From IMG/VR virus record IMGVR_UViG_3300020048_000090: a stretch of 64,000 nucleotides of DNA. One strand, given 5' to 3'. The number at the start of each line of letters is the position of its first letter. Position 1 is the first letter of the stretch. This DNA comes from an uncultured virus (IMG/VR IMGVR_UViG_3300020048_000090). Its lineage: Duplodnaviria; Heunggongvirae; Uroviricota; Caudoviricetes. Made by a program: the position numbers and the translations under genes. Under the pieces are notes generated by a model that saw only the letters and a program-made list of their open reading frames with translations, made no database searches and had not been told where the DNA came from. Below, in pieces: positions 9,732 to 19,615 of this stretch.

Positions 9732-10220
9732 ATGATACCTATACGCTATATCCTAATTATAGGAGCTATTGCAGCTATACCAATTGGCTTATATAGCATT
9801 CATGAATATATCTATGATAAGGGTTATGAAGATGCTAGGACAGATGTACAACAAGCTAATGCAGAGGTACAGGAGGCAGCGTATCATAAGTATCTTGAAG
9901 AGTTCGAGAAGGGTCAGCAGCTATCAATTCAGCTATCTAAATCACAGAAGAGGTTGGCTCATGTGCAACAACAAAATGCCTTGTATTCTGCTAATATTGT
10001 TGGGACTTGTCCTGATAAACTCAGGTTGCTCGTCACCTATGCAGCGAGAGGTGAAAGCCCTCCAGTGTCCGAAACCTCCAGCTCATCTACTAGTGAGGCC
10101 GGAACCGTTGCAGCAGATGCCAAACCAATAGCAGATAATATAACTGTTAATTATGCTAAGTGTTTAGCCAATATTGATCAATTGAATGCTCTTATTGATT
10201 TCTATGAGAATACTAAATGA
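9732..10220 (+). CDS. i-spanin (Rz-like)
   Basis: N-terminal TM helix, helical periplasmic domain, two Cys, follows endolysin, contains an embedded lipoprotein gene. Confidence 0.8.
   Translation: MIPIRYILIIGAIAAIPIGLYSIHEYIYDKGYEDARTDVQQANAEVQEAAYHKYLEEFEKGQQLSIQLSKSQKRLAHVQQQNALYSANIVGTCPDKLRLLVTYAARGESPPVSETSSSSTSEAGTVAADAKPIADNITVNYAKCLANIDQLNALIDFYENTK
9961..10131 (+). CDS. o-spanin (Rz1-like lipoprotein) embedded in +1 frame
   Basis: ATG at 9961 after GAGG; hydrophobic signal, lipobox ..NSG-C, Pro-rich CPKPPAHLLVRPEP. Confidence 0.8.
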   Translation: MCNNKMPCILLILLGLVLINSGCSSPMQREVKALQCPKPPAHLLVRPEPLQQMPNQ

Positions 10221-10480
10221 GTGATAAACTTACAATGATAGATCGTCTTAATCTATTCTGGGATTGGGTAGATAATAGATCTATTATTCGTAGGGTATCA
10301 TTTGGTATTACACTTTGGATGAGCTATCAGGCATTTGATTGGGCTACAGAATTTGCTTCTACTACAACTAAAGATGGTGCTGAGGTAGCTTTAATCATAG
10401 CTGCTGTAACTGGCCCTATTGCTGCATTACAAGCATTTGTTACAACAACCTACTCTACTAGCAGGGATAAAAATGAATGA
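10217..10480 (+). CDS. putative holin (2 TM)
   Basis: 87 aa, two hydrophobic segments, charged C-terminus, in the lysis cassette. Confidence 0.55.
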   Translation: MSDKLTMIDRLNLFWDWVDNRSIIRRVSFGITLWMSYQAFDWATEFASTTTKDGAEVALIIAAVTGPIAALQAFVTTTYSTSRDKNE

Positions 10481-10943
10481 ACAACATATTGTAATGCACG
10501 ATTGGGATGGTGAAGAACGTAGAAGTATTCCTGTTCATATCCTTAACTATATGGATCATAGGTTAGGTGAACATACAGATAGAATAGAATTATTATTTAA
10601 AGAGCATACTACTGATGAAATGGATAGATACAATGCTATATTAAAGAAGTTAGGAGAAGCATCAGATGGATCACAATCCAGACACCATGCTTTAATGACT
10701 CAGCTAAATATAGTTACAGAAAACATAGAATGTATAGATAATGCTTTTCCTAGAAATAAAGAAGGATTACCTGATTATGATGAACATCATGACTACCACT
10801 TTACTTGGAAAACTAGAAAAGAATGGTGGGCAGGTACAAGTAATCAAGCAGTAAGAAAGCTCTTTGAGATAATGTTAATAGCTTTAGTTCTTTGGTTAGG
10901 TTCTGCTATCTTTCAAGCAACAATGCAAGCAGCAATTAAATAA
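10473..10943 (+). CDS. hypothetical protein with C-terminal TM helix (possible lysis regulator)
   Basis: ATG overlapping upstream gene; WDGEERRS N-terminus; C-terminal hydrophobic helix. Confidence 0.5.
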   Translation: MNEQHIVMHDWDGEERRSIPVHILNYMDHRLGEHTDRIELLFKEHTTDEMDRYNAILKKLGEASDGSQSRHHALMTQLNIVTENIECIDNAFPRNKEGLPDYDEHHDYHFTWKTRKEWWAGTSNQAVRKLFEIMLIALVLWLGSAIFQATMQAAIK

Positions 10944-10967
10944 ATATTTAAAGTTAAGGATAATAAT

Positions 10968-13097
10968 ATGCAAGAGCTAGATGACATGGAATTAGTAGTT
11001 ACTTCTGAAAAAGAACTTTCAGGTTGGGAGAATCCTCCTAAAGTATTAGATTTGAAACAAGATTATCAGGATGCTAAACCTAATCATGATTTACAGATTA
11101 CTAAGATTAATACTTGGTTAGATAATCTAAATGTCACTGGTTCTGCAGTAGTTAAGTCTGCTAATGGTAGAAGTCAGATTGTTCCTAAGCTAATTAGAAA
11201 ACAAGCTGAATGGAGATATTCAGCATTAACTGAACCATTCCTAAGTACTGATGATATCTTTAATGTTGATCCAGTTACATTTGAAGATAAAGCTGGTGCA
11301 GTACAGAATGAACTAGTACTTAATAATCAGTTTAACTGTAAGCTAAATAAAGTTAGATTTATTGATGAGTACGTTAGAGCAGCAGTAGATGAAGGTACTG
11401 TCATTGCTAGAGTAGGTTGGGAATTTGAAGAAGCAGAAGAAGAAGTAGAGATTCCAGAATATGATTATCAGCCTACTGATGACCCTCAATTGCTTGAGCT
11501 ATACCAAAGCCTACAACAAGATCCAAACGCTTCAGAATCAGCTCCTCCTGAGCTTCTAGAGGCATTCCAGATGAGTATGCAAGCTGGTGTTCCTTTAGCC
11601 CCTGTAGTTATTGGATCACATAAGGAGATGCAGACTGTAGTTAAGAAGAATCAGCCTACTGTAGAAGTCTGTAGTATCAAGAATGTGATCATTGATCCTA
11701 CTTGTATGGGTGATATGGATAAAGCTAGCTTTGTTATCTATAGCTTTGAGACTAGCTTATCTGAGCTTAAGAAAGATGGTAGATACAAGAATCTAGAATC
11801 CATTGATATTAATAATGCTTCTGTATTGGCTCAACCAGATCATTTTTCTCCAGATGATTCTAGCTTTACCTTTAAAGATAAGCCTAGAAAGAAGTTTGTA
11901 GCTTATGAGTATTGGGGTTATTGGGATGTAGATGGAGATGGTATTGCTGAACCTATTGTAGCTACTTGGGTTAACAATACTATGATTAGATTACAAGATA
12001 ATCCATTCCCAGATGGTAAACCTCCTTTTGTATTGGTTCAATATCTACCTGTTCGTAAATCAATCTATGGTGAACCAGATGGTGCATTGCTAGAAGAGAA
12101 TCAAAAGATTCTAGGAGCAGTAACCAGAGGTATGATTGATATTATGGGTAGATCTGCTAATGGTCAGAGTGGTATCCGTAAAGATGCTCTAGATGTAACC
12201 AATAAGCGTAAGTTTGATCAAGGTAAAGACTATGAATTTAATAGTCAGGTTGATCCAAGACAAGCATTCTATATGCATACTTATCCTGAGATTCCTCAAT
12301 CAGCGCAGTATATGGTTAATTTACAGAATATGGATGCTGAGAGTCTTACAGGTGTAAAAGCCTTCACAGGAGGCATATCAGGTCAAGGATTGGGTTCTAC
12401 TGCAACAGGTGTTAGAGGAGCATTAGATGCTGCTTCTAAACGTGAATTAGGCATCCTTAGAAGGCTTGCAGAGGGTGTTAAGCAGATTGGTAGAAAGATT
12501 ATTGCTATGAATGCTGCTTTCCTCTCAGAAGAAGAAGTTATTAGAGTTACCAATGAGGAATTTGTACCTGTTAAACGTGATGATCTTATGGGTAATTATG
12601 ATCTTAGATTGAGTATTAGTACTGCTGAAGCTGATAACCAAAAAGCAGAAGAGTTAGCTTTTATGCTTCAGACTACTGCACAATCTATGGGACCTACATT
12701 CAGTCAGATGATCTTGTCTGAGATTGCTAGACTCCGTAAGATGCCAGACTTGTCTAAACGTATAGCTGAATTCCAACCAGAACCTAATCCAGTAGAACAA
12801 AAAAGAGCAGAACTAGAAGTAGCTTTACTAGAAGCTCAAGTAGCTAATGAGTCTGCTAAAGCTAATGAGAATGAAATGGATATTCAACTTAAGACTGCTA
12901 AACTACAGAAAGAAATGGCTGAGACTAAAGCTATTAAATCTAGAGCTGATCTAGATGATCTTACCTTCCTTGAACGTGAGCAATCAATTGATCATGAAAA
13001 GAATCTAGAAATGCAGAGAGGTAAAATAGAAGGTGATATTCTGAAAGAAAGAGCAAAGTATCTGAATAGTATGTCTAAAGGATCTAAAGATGAGTGA
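10968..13097 (+). CDS. portal protein (N4 gp59-like)
   Basis: 709 aa; GRSQIVPKLIRKQAEWRYSALTEPFL, YEYWG, ESLTGVKAF, ALDAASKRE motifs of N4-like portals. Confidence 0.95.
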   Translation: MQELDDMELVVTSEKELSGWENPPKVLDLKQDYQDAKPNHDLQITKINTWLDNLNVTGSAVVKSANGRSQIVPKLIRKQAEWRYSALTEPFLSTDDIFNVDPVTFEDKAGAVQNELVLNNQFNCKLNKVRFIDEYVRAAVDEGTVIARVGWEFEEAEEEVEIPEYDYQPTDDPQLLELYQSLQQDPNASESAPPELLEAFQMSMQAGVPLAPVVIGSHKEMQTVVKKNQPTVEVCSIKNVIIDPTCMGDMDKASFVIYSFETSLSELKKDGRYKNLESIDINNASVLAQPDHFSPDDSSFTFKDKPRKKFVAYEYWGYWDVDGDGIAEPIVATWVNNTMIRLQDNPFPDGKPPFVLVQYLPVRKSIYGEPDGALLEENQKILGAVTRGMIDIMGRSANGQSGIRKDALDVTNKRKFDQGKDYEFNSQVDPRQAFYMHTYPEIPQSAQYMVNLQNMDAESLTGVKAFTGGISGQGLGSTATGVRGALDAASKRELGILRRLAEGVKQIGRKIIAMNAAFLSEEEVIRVTNEEFVPVKRDDLMGNYDLRLSISTAEADNQKAEELAFMLQTTAQSMGPTFSQMILSEIARLRKMPDLSKRIAEFQPEPNPVEQKRAELEVALLEAQVANESAKANENEMDIQLKTAKLQKEMAETKAIKSRADLDDLTFLEREQSIDHEKNLEMQRGKIEGDILKERAKYLNSMSKGSKDE

Positions 13098-13644
13098 TAA
13101 TGATTTAATGTTTGAAACATTGGATATAATTGCTACACACAGTTCTAGACTAGATAAGTTAGATAAGAGCATTAAAGAGTTACTTAATGCTAATAAAGCT
13201 ATTAAAGATGATATTAAAGAGTTAAAAGCTTATCTAGAGCTTAAGATAGAGAAAGCTAGTAAAGAAGCATTGAAAGATGTATTAGACAACATTGTGATTA
13301 CTAACAACAATTCATCTGATATAAATGTAGATACTTCTATAATAGCTGAAGAGATAGCTAAACTAGTTAATACTAAGTTTAATAACTCTATTAACATAGA
13401 ACCACAGAGTATTAAGGTAGATGTTGATACAAAAGCTATTGCAGATAAGTTAGACTCTACTATACTGGTTAATGGTATTAATAAGCAGATTGAAGAGAAC
13501 AATAAAGCCACTAGAGTACTATTGACTGAAATGCTTAATATACAGAATAAACCACTTCCTATTGTTAAAGAGGTTAAGAAGAGTATTAAAGTTATTAGAG
13601 ATAAAGACAATCTTATTAATTCTTTAGAGGTTATAAATGGCTGA
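13090..13644 (+). CDS. hypothetical coiled-coil protein
   Basis: 184-aa ORF overlapping both neighbours. Confidence 0.6.
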   Translation: MSDNDLMFETLDIIATHSSRLDKLDKSIKELLNANKAIKDDIKELKAYLELKIEKASKEALKDVLDNIVITNNNSSDINVDTSIIAEEIAKLVNTKFNNSINIEPQSIKVDVDTKAIADKLDSTILVNGINKQIEENNKATRVLLTEMLNIQNKPLPIVKEVKKSIKVIRDKDNLINSLEVING

Positions 13645-15046
13645 TAATGTAGTAGTCTCATCAAATATAGGTATAGGAGCAACTGTTGCTACTGATGATG
13701 TTGGTGGAGTTCAATTCCAACGTATTAAGATAGCTATGGGAGGTGATGGTGAGTTTGAAGGTGATGTATCAAGTATCAATCCATTACCTGTTATTGGGTC
13801 TCTTACAGATGATGAGTTGAGAGCTACTCCTGTTGATGTTGATACTGGATTGATCCAAGGATTAACTAATACAGAACTAAGGGCTACTCCAGTAAATGCT
13901 AAATTAGGTTCAGGTGACTTGACTATAGATGCTTGGGGTAGTCCTAAAATAAGCCTACCTCATTCTATATTTCATGGTTTATTTACCTTTGATGTACCTC
14001 CTTCTCAATGGTTTATGTATCATGGCTCTACACAGGTTTATACAAGCACTAAGATCACTTCTATAGATGGTAGCTTGAGTGTAGTAGCTGATGCTGCTGT
14101 ACCAGTAGCTGAGGCGGTTTCTAGAGCTTCTCCAAGGTATCAACCCAATAGAGGTCATCTTTACTCTACTGCTCTTTGGATGCCTAACAAGACTAATGAT
14201 GGTGTTAGAGAGTTTGGATTATTTACTATAGAGAATGGTGTATTCTTTAGATTGAAAGCTGATGGTAAGCTATATGCTGTATTGAGATCAGGTGGTATAG
14301 AGACTAGAGAAGCAGAAATAAATACCTCTGGTCTTATTGGATTTGACGTAGAAAAAGGTAATGTCTACGACATTCAGTACCAGTGGAGAGGTATAGGTAA
14401 TTATAAGTTCTATATCAATCTCACTTTGGTTCATGTGTTTGAATTACTTGGTACATTAACAGCTTTGAGTATGCAAGATCCAGCTTTACCTTGTTCCTAT
14501 AAAGCTACTAGAACTACACAAGATGTATCTATTAGAGCTGGTTGTGTTGATATTACTTCTGAGAATGGTGATGATGATAGATTACATTATGGATCAGCTT
14601 ATGCTGCTCAGACAATCAATGGTACAAATGCTCCTCTAATTGTTGTGCTTAATCCACTGACTATTAATAGTAAAACTAACACTAGAATGACTGAGTTATC
14701 AAGAATCAGTCTTAACTCGGATAAGAATGGTTCATTTAGAGTATGGGTTGCAAGAGATCCAACTGCTATTATTGGAGCTACATTAGTTGCTAGAGGTAAT
14801 GGATCATTCATTCAAACTGACTCTACTGATGCTAATCCTACTGCTGTTCATGCTACTTCTGTGGATATTGCTAAGATGACTCTTGTTACTGTTATGCCAG
14901 TTAGAGCTAATATTCCAATGGGTATGGATAATCCATTCCAGAATAGAATTGATTTTCCTTTAGTAAGAGGAGATTATTTAGTTATTACTGGGACAGTGGT
15001 CAATGCTGCATGTGAAGCTGTTGTAGAATGGGGTGAAGCTCTCTAA
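13637..15046 (+). CDS. putative virion decoration/beta-sandwich protein
   Basis: 469 aa; N-terminal LTDDELRATPV / LTNTELRATPV repeats shared with 3452-5953; beta-rich lectin-like core. Confidence 0.55.
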   Translation: MADNVVVSSNIGIGATVATDDVGGVQFQRIKIAMGGDGEFEGDVSSINPLPVIGSLTDDELRATPVDVDTGLIQGLTNTELRATPVNAKLGSGDLTIDAWGSPKISLPHSIFHGLFTFDVPPSQWFMYHGSTQVYTSTKITSIDGSLSVVADAAVPVAEAVSRASPRYQPNRGHLYSTALWMPNKTNDGVREFGLFTIENGVFFRLKADGKLYAVLRSGGIETREAEINTSGLIGFDVEKGNVYDIQYQWRGIGNYKFYINLTLVHVFELLGTLTALSMQDPALPCSYKATRTTQDVSIRAGCVDITSENGDDDRLHYGSAYAAQTINGTNAPLIVVLNPLTINSKTNTRMTELSRISLNSDKNGSFRVWVARDPTAIIGATLVARGNGSFIQTDSTDANPTAVHATSVDIAKMTLVTVMPVRANIPMGMDNPFQNRIDFPLVRGDYLVITGTVVNAACEAVVEWGEAL

Positions 15047-15291
15047 TGCTAGGAGGTAGATTATTATTAGCTTTACATGGTACTGGAGGTGCTTCAGAGT
15101 ATCCTGGAGTACCTGTTGTACATAAGCCTATAGTTAGTGTTGGTGGAGATGGTAAAGTTATTAATCTTCCTTTACTTATGAATGCTAAAGTTAAAGAAGA
15201 TAAAGTAACTCCTAAGATTAATAGATTGCTTTTAGAAGATGAAGAACTTATTATGTTAGTACAGGTTCTTATTGTTAATGAACTTATATAG
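15046..15291 (+). CDS. hypothetical protein
   Basis: TAATG-coupled 81-aa ORF. Confidence 0.5.
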   Translation: MLGGRLLLALHGTGGASEYPGVPVVHKPIVSVGGDGKVINLPLLMNAKVKEDKVTPKINRLLLEDEELIMLVQVLIVNELI

Positions 15292-15299
15292 GTATAGAG

Positions 15300-15398
15300 A
15301 TGAATTTACATGATGAAATAGAATATATAACACCAGTAACTTTAACTATACTAGTGTTAGTATTATTTGTTGTTTATATGTTTGTTGCTTACGTATGA
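15300..15398 (+). CDS. 32-aa single-TM peptide (not in ORF track)
   Basis: MNLHDEIEYITPVTLTILVLVLFVVYMFVAYV; ATGA overlap with next ORF. Confidence 0.45.
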   Translation: MNLHDEIEYITPVTLTILVLVLFVVYMFVAYV

Positions 15399-15607
15399 CA
15401 TGTTATTCTTGTTCTCCAAGATGCTTAAGATGTTCTAAGACACCTTGGTATTCTGTAGTTTGGTTAGTAGCATTAACACCACTAATATTGATTGCTTCTC
15501 TTGGATTACTATTAGTGACTTTGATAGTAGATGTAAAGTTGTTTAAACAGTGGGTATTTAGAAAGTTAACTTATCTCTATAAGAGGACACACGATGAATT
15601 CAAATGA
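15395..15607 (+). CDS. small membrane protein with CxxCxxxCxxC N-terminus
   Basis: Cys cluster followed by a long hydrophobic segment. Confidence 0.45.
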   Translation: MTCYSCSPRCLRCSKTPWYSVVWLVALTPLILIASLGLLLVTLIVDVKLFKQWVFRKLTYLYKRTHDEFK

Positions 15608-15938
15608 AGCAGTAGAAACCATTGAACTTAGTATTAAACAAGCTCAAGTATATGTAAATAAAATGGATAGTGTTTATTCACTTATTAAAAATAAAGACTT
15701 TATTAATGTAATTGAGGAAGGTTACTTTAAAGAAGAAGCTAGTAGACTGGTATTGCTTAAAGCTGATCCAACAATGCAGAAACCAGATGATCAAGTTATG
15801 CTTAATAAGTCTATTGATGCTATTGGTTACTTTAGACAGTATCTTAGTAACACTATCCAGATGGGTAGAATGATGGAAAAGTCTATTCTTTCTGATCAAG
15901 AGATGAGACAAGAGATTCTAGCTGAGGGAGAAGAATAA
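15594..15938 (+). CDS. N4 gp58-like protein
   Basis: NKDF..VIEEGYF.EEASRLV motif; immediately upstream of gp57-like gene. Confidence 0.7.
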   Translation: MNSNEAVETIELSIKQAQVYVNKMDSVYSLIKNKDFINVIEEGYFKEEASRLVLLKADPTMQKPDDQVMLNKSIDAIGYFRQYLSNTIQMGRMMEKSILSDQEMRQEILAEGEE

Positions 15939-16993
15939 TGTCTGATGTATTGAGTTTATCAGATGAAGACTTCTCTAATCTTCCAGAACCTGAAGATGTA
16001 CCTCTAGAAGAGGTTGTAGAGGCTGTAGAAGAGCCTGTAGAAGCTTCTGAAGGGGATAGTGACCAAGAACAAGAATCTATTGAAGAGGAGCCTAATGATG
16101 GCTTGCAAAGCGATGAAGAAGAAACCAGTACCGAAACCTCCGAAGAAGTAGAAGAGGAAGAGGTAACTGAAGAGAATTCTGAAGTAGAAGAAGATGTAGA
16201 TTATAAGACTGCATTTGAAGAAGTATTCAAACCATTTAAAGCTAATGGTAAGGAAATGCAGGTAGAGAGTATTGAAGATATACGTCAGCTCATGCAAATG
16301 GGAGCTAACTATAATAAGAAGATGGCAGCATTGAAGCCTAATCTTAAGTTACTCAAGATGCTTGAGAATAATGAGCTATTGAATGAAGAAAAATTAAGTT
16401 ACTTAATTGATTTGGATAAACGTAATCCAGAAGCTATTAAGAAGCTTATTAAAGAAAGTGGTGTAGATCCACTTGACATTGATATCAATAGTGAAGTATC
16501 TTATAAACCTAATACTTATACTGTTAATGATAAAGAGCTTGAACTAGATGCAGTACTTTCTAAAATTAAGGAAACTGATACATTTAGTACAACTATAGAC
16601 ATCATTGGTAATAAGTGGGATGAAGCCAGTAAGTTAGTGTTATTGGATAATCCAAATGTAATTGAGATTATTAATTCTCATGTTAGTAGTGGTGTATACC
16701 AGACTATTACAGATGAGATTGATAAGCTTAGAACGCTAGGAAGGCTCAACGGTTTGAGTGATATTGACGCTTATAAAGCAGTAGGCGATGCACTGTATGC
16801 CCAACCTAAACAGGCAAACAACATTAATGCTACTACTAGTAAAGTAACCAATAAAGAAGACCCACGGCTTAAAGAGAGAAAGAAAGCTGCTTCAACAACT
16901 AAAAGTGTTGCAAGCAATACAAAACCAGATTTTAATCCTCTAGCAATGAGTGATGAAGAGTTTGAAAAGTTTGCTTCTAGTAAGTTTATTTAA
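15938..16993 (+). CDS. N4 gp57-like protein (scaffold/'tape measure')
   Basis: Acidic N-terminus, PFKANGKE, LMQMGANY.KKM, C-terminal NPLAMSDEEF. Confidence 0.85.
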   Translation: MSDVLSLSDEDFSNLPEPEDVPLEEVVEAVEEPVEASEGDSDQEQESIEEEPNDGLQSDEEETSTETSEEVEEEEVTEENSEVEEDVDYKTAFEEVFKPFKANGKEMQVESIEDIRQLMQMGANYNKKMAALKPNLKLLKMLENNELLNEEKLSYLIDLDKRNPEAIKKLIKESGVDPLDIDINSEVSYKPNTYTVNDKELELDAVLSKIKETDTFSTTIDIIGNKWDEASKLVLLDNPNVIEIINSHVSSGVYQTITDEIDKLRTLGRLNGLSDIDAYKAVGDALYAQPKQANNINATTSKVTNKEDPRLKERKKAASTTKSVASNTKPDFNPLAMSDEEFEKFASSKFI

Positions 16994-17010
16994 TGTAAAG
17001 GAAATTTAAA

Positions 17011-18603
17011 ATGGCTAATGAAATCGTTTATGGTAATAAAGAAGGTACTACCTCTTCGGTAGGTTCTCAGATCAATATCTTTCACTTCTATAAGAAAGCT
17101 CTTGTAGAAGCTGCTAAAGAGTCTTATTTTAGTCAGATGGCTGATGTTCGTAGTATGCCTAAGAATATGGGTAAGACTATTAAACAATACCACTATCTAC
17201 CTATTCTAGATGATCGTAATATGAATAGTCAGGGTATTGATGCTAATGGTGCTTTGGCTTCTGCTGTTGCTAGTACTAGTGGTGTTAAAGCTACTTCTTT
17301 CATTAAGGTAGTTCTTCCTGAGAATGCTGGTGCAGGTAATCAATATGATTCTGTTGCTAAGTACTTCAGAGGTGATGCTGTTTGGGATACTGATTGGGCT
17401 ACTACTGCTGCTGCAGCTCTAGCTACTGCTAAAGCTTCTGCTCGTGGTTGGCTTATCAGTCAGGGTGTTGTAGATGCTGATGGTGCTACGTCTGATACTA
17501 CCTATGCTGAGTTGGTAGCTACGTATGCATCTGCTGGTGCTGATGGTAGCTTTAAAGCTGCTACTGGTCTTGCAGTAACTGCTGGTTATGAAGTCTATGA
17601 GTATCGTAGTGCTTTGGCTACTAACTATGGTAACTTCTATGCTTCTAGTAAAGACGTAGGTGCTATCTCTGGTAAGATTCCTCCTTTGTCTGAGACTGGT
17701 GGACGTGTTAATCGTGTTGGTATGAAGCGTATTGAGCTGGAAGGTACTATTGATAAGTTTGGTTTCTTTACTGAATATACCCAAGATTCTATGGATTTTG
17801 ATACTGATTCTGAGCTTATGATGCATCTGACTCAAGAAGTAGTTAAAGCTGCCAATGAGATGACTGAAGACCAGATTCAGATTGACTTGCTGAATGCTGC
17901 TGGTGTTGTTCGGTATACAGGTGCTGCTACTTCTACTGCTAGCTTGCAAGGTAATGATATTACTTCTCCCTTTGCTGTTGGTAATACTAATGATGCTCTT
18001 ACCTATGATGATCTAGTTAAGCTTGGTATTGAATTGGATAACAATCGTTGTCCTAAGAATACTACTGTTATCTCTGGTTCACGTATGGTAGATACTAAAG
18101 TAGTTAATGCTGCTCGTTATATTTATATTGGTTCTGAGTTGCTTCCTACTATTATGCGTCTGACTGACTATCATGGTAATAAAGCATTTATTCCTGTTGC
18201 TCAGTATGCTTCTGCTGGTACTGTAGCTCGTGGTGAAGTAGGTGCTGTTGATAACTTCCGTTTCATTGTAGTACCTGAGATGATGCATTGGGCTGCTGCA
18301 GGAGCTGCTGTTACTGTTGGTGAGGGTACTGTCTATAAGTTCTCTGGTGATGCTTCTGGTAATCCTAAGTTTGATGTATTCCCAATGCTTGTAGTTGGTG
18401 AAGGTTCATTTACTACTATTGGTTTCCAAACTGATGGTAAGTCTGTGAAGTTCCAAACCAAACATGTTAAACCTGGTGATAATCATACTACTGATGATCC
18501 TTATGGTGAGACTGGTTTCTATAGTATTAAGTGGTGGTACGGATTCCTTCCGCTTCGGCCGGAACGTATCGCATTAGTCAAAACAATTGCTGAATGGGGT
18601 TAA
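17011..18603 (+). CDS. major capsid protein (N4 gp56-like) with large insertion
   Basis: MPKNMGKTIK, PILDDRN, LSETGGRVNRVG, DPYGETGFYSIKW.YG, LRPERIA. Confidence 0.95.
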   Translation: MANEIVYGNKEGTTSSVGSQINIFHFYKKALVEAAKESYFSQMADVRSMPKNMGKTIKQYHYLPILDDRNMNSQGIDANGALASAVASTSGVKATSFIKVVLPENAGAGNQYDSVAKYFRGDAVWDTDWATTAAAALATAKASARGWLISQGVVDADGATSDTTYAELVATYASAGADGSFKAATGLAVTAGYEVYEYRSALATNYGNFYASSKDVGAISGKIPPLSETGGRVNRVGMKRIELEGTIDKFGFFTEYTQDSMDFDTDSELMMHLTQEVVKAANEMTEDQIQIDLLNAAGVVRYTGAATSTASLQGNDITSPFAVGNTNDALTYDDLVKLGIELDNNRCPKNTTVISGSRMVDTKVVNAARYIYIGSELLPTIMRLTDYHGNKAFIPVAQYASAGTVARGEVGAVDNFRFIVVPEMMHWAAAGAAVTVGEGTVYKFSGDASGNPKFDVFPMLVVGEGSFTTIGFQTDGKSVKFQTKHVKPGDNHTTDDPYGETGFYSIKWWYGFLPLRPERIALVKTIAEWG

Positions 18604-18624
18604 TAAGTAACTAAGTACTGAATA

Positions 18625-18653
18625 GCCTTCTCCTGTAAAGGGGAAGGTTTTTT
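18625..18653 (+). terminator. intrinsic terminator after major capsid gene
   Basis: GCCTTCTCCT-GTAA-AGGGGAAGGT followed by T-run. Confidence 0.8.
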
Positions 18654-18672
18654 AACTAAAGGAGTTATATAA

Positions 18673-19257
18673 ATGATTGATGAACAACAACCTGCAATTG
18701 AAGCAGAGTTTGATGAACTAGCTACTCTTAAAGCTAGAGCTGACATGATGGGCATTAAGTATCATCCCAATACTGGTATTGATAAGCTTAGAGCCAAAGT
18801 TAACAATGCTATTGCTAATGATACTGAAGAAGAAGATAAATCTTCTACACCAGCAAATAGTAACTACTTGACTGAGAAACAGTTTAGAGAAGAAGAGTTT
18901 AAACTTCGTAAATCTAATGCTGGCAAGCTAGTACGTATTAGAGTTACCTGTATGAATCCTTCTAAGAAAGAATGGGATGGTGAGATTATCTCAGTTGGAT
19001 CAGCTAAGATGGGTACATTTAAGAAGTTTGTAAAGTTTAATACTGATGATGGTTGGCATGTTCCATTTATCATCTATGAGTATATGAAAGAACGTAAATG
19101 CTCAATCTTTCATACCATTACTGATGCTAAAGGTCAGAAGATTCGTAAAGCTAAGCTAGTGAATGAATTCAATATTGAAGTGTTGCCTCCACTAACTCCT
19201 GCAGAGCTTAAAGCATTGGCTCAACAACAGGCTATGGAAGCTGGTAAAGACGTTTAA
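18673..19257 (+). CDS. N4 gp55-like protein
   Basis: LKARADMMGI, LVRIRVTCMNPSKKEWDGEI, EVLPPLT.AEL..LA. Confidence 0.85.
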   Translation: MIDEQQPAIEAEFDELATLKARADMMGIKYHPNTGIDKLRAKVNNAIANDTEEEDKSSTPANSNYLTEKQFREEEFKLRKSNAGKLVRIRVTCMNPSKKEWDGEIISVGSAKMGTFKKFVKFNTDDGWHVPFIIYEYMKERKCSIFHTITDAKGQKIRKAKLVNEFNIEVLPPLTPAELKALAQQQAMEAGKDV

Positions 19258-19264
19258 TTTGTAG

Positions 19265-19293
19265 AGGCTAGGTTATCCTAGCCTTACTTCTTT
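19265..19293 (+). terminator. stem-loop/terminator
   Basis: AGGCTAGG-TTAT-CCTAGCCT followed by TACTTCTTT. Confidence 0.6.
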
Positions 19294-19306
19294 AGGTGAG
19301 GATTAT

Positions 19307-19606
19307 ATGTATACAGTTAGCACACTAATTACTTTTAATATTACTAGAGCTAAGAATGCTGCTCCAGCTTCAGTAGCTTCAGTTAGAATTATTGATCCTG
19401 CTGGAGTTATTGCTAATGCTTCTTTAAGTACTAATACAGACCCAACAGCAAGTATTACAGGTACTCTAGCTTTTTCCTATACACCATCAGTAGCTGGATT
19501 ATATAAGTTTGAGGTTCTAGATACAGGAAACGATCTTCTTATGTATTCCTTTAGTATTAATGTAATTACTCCTAATACTACTTTTGCTACTCAAATTACT
19601 GTTTAA
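19307..19606 (+). CDS. small Ig-like virion protein
   Basis: 99 aa beta-rich; IIDPAG...YTPSVAGLYKF. Confidence 0.5.
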   Translation: MYTVSTLITFNITRAKNAAPASVASVRIIDPAGVIANASLSTNTDPTASITGTLAFSYTPSVAGLYKFEVLDTGNDLLMYSFSINVITPNTTFATQITV

Positions 19607-19615
19607 GAGGTAATT

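Noticed and set aside
9769..9960. Long N-terminal extension of the o-spanin ORF
   Set aside because: The lipoprotein signal requires a start at 9961 (or 9976). The upstream part is an incidental open frame.
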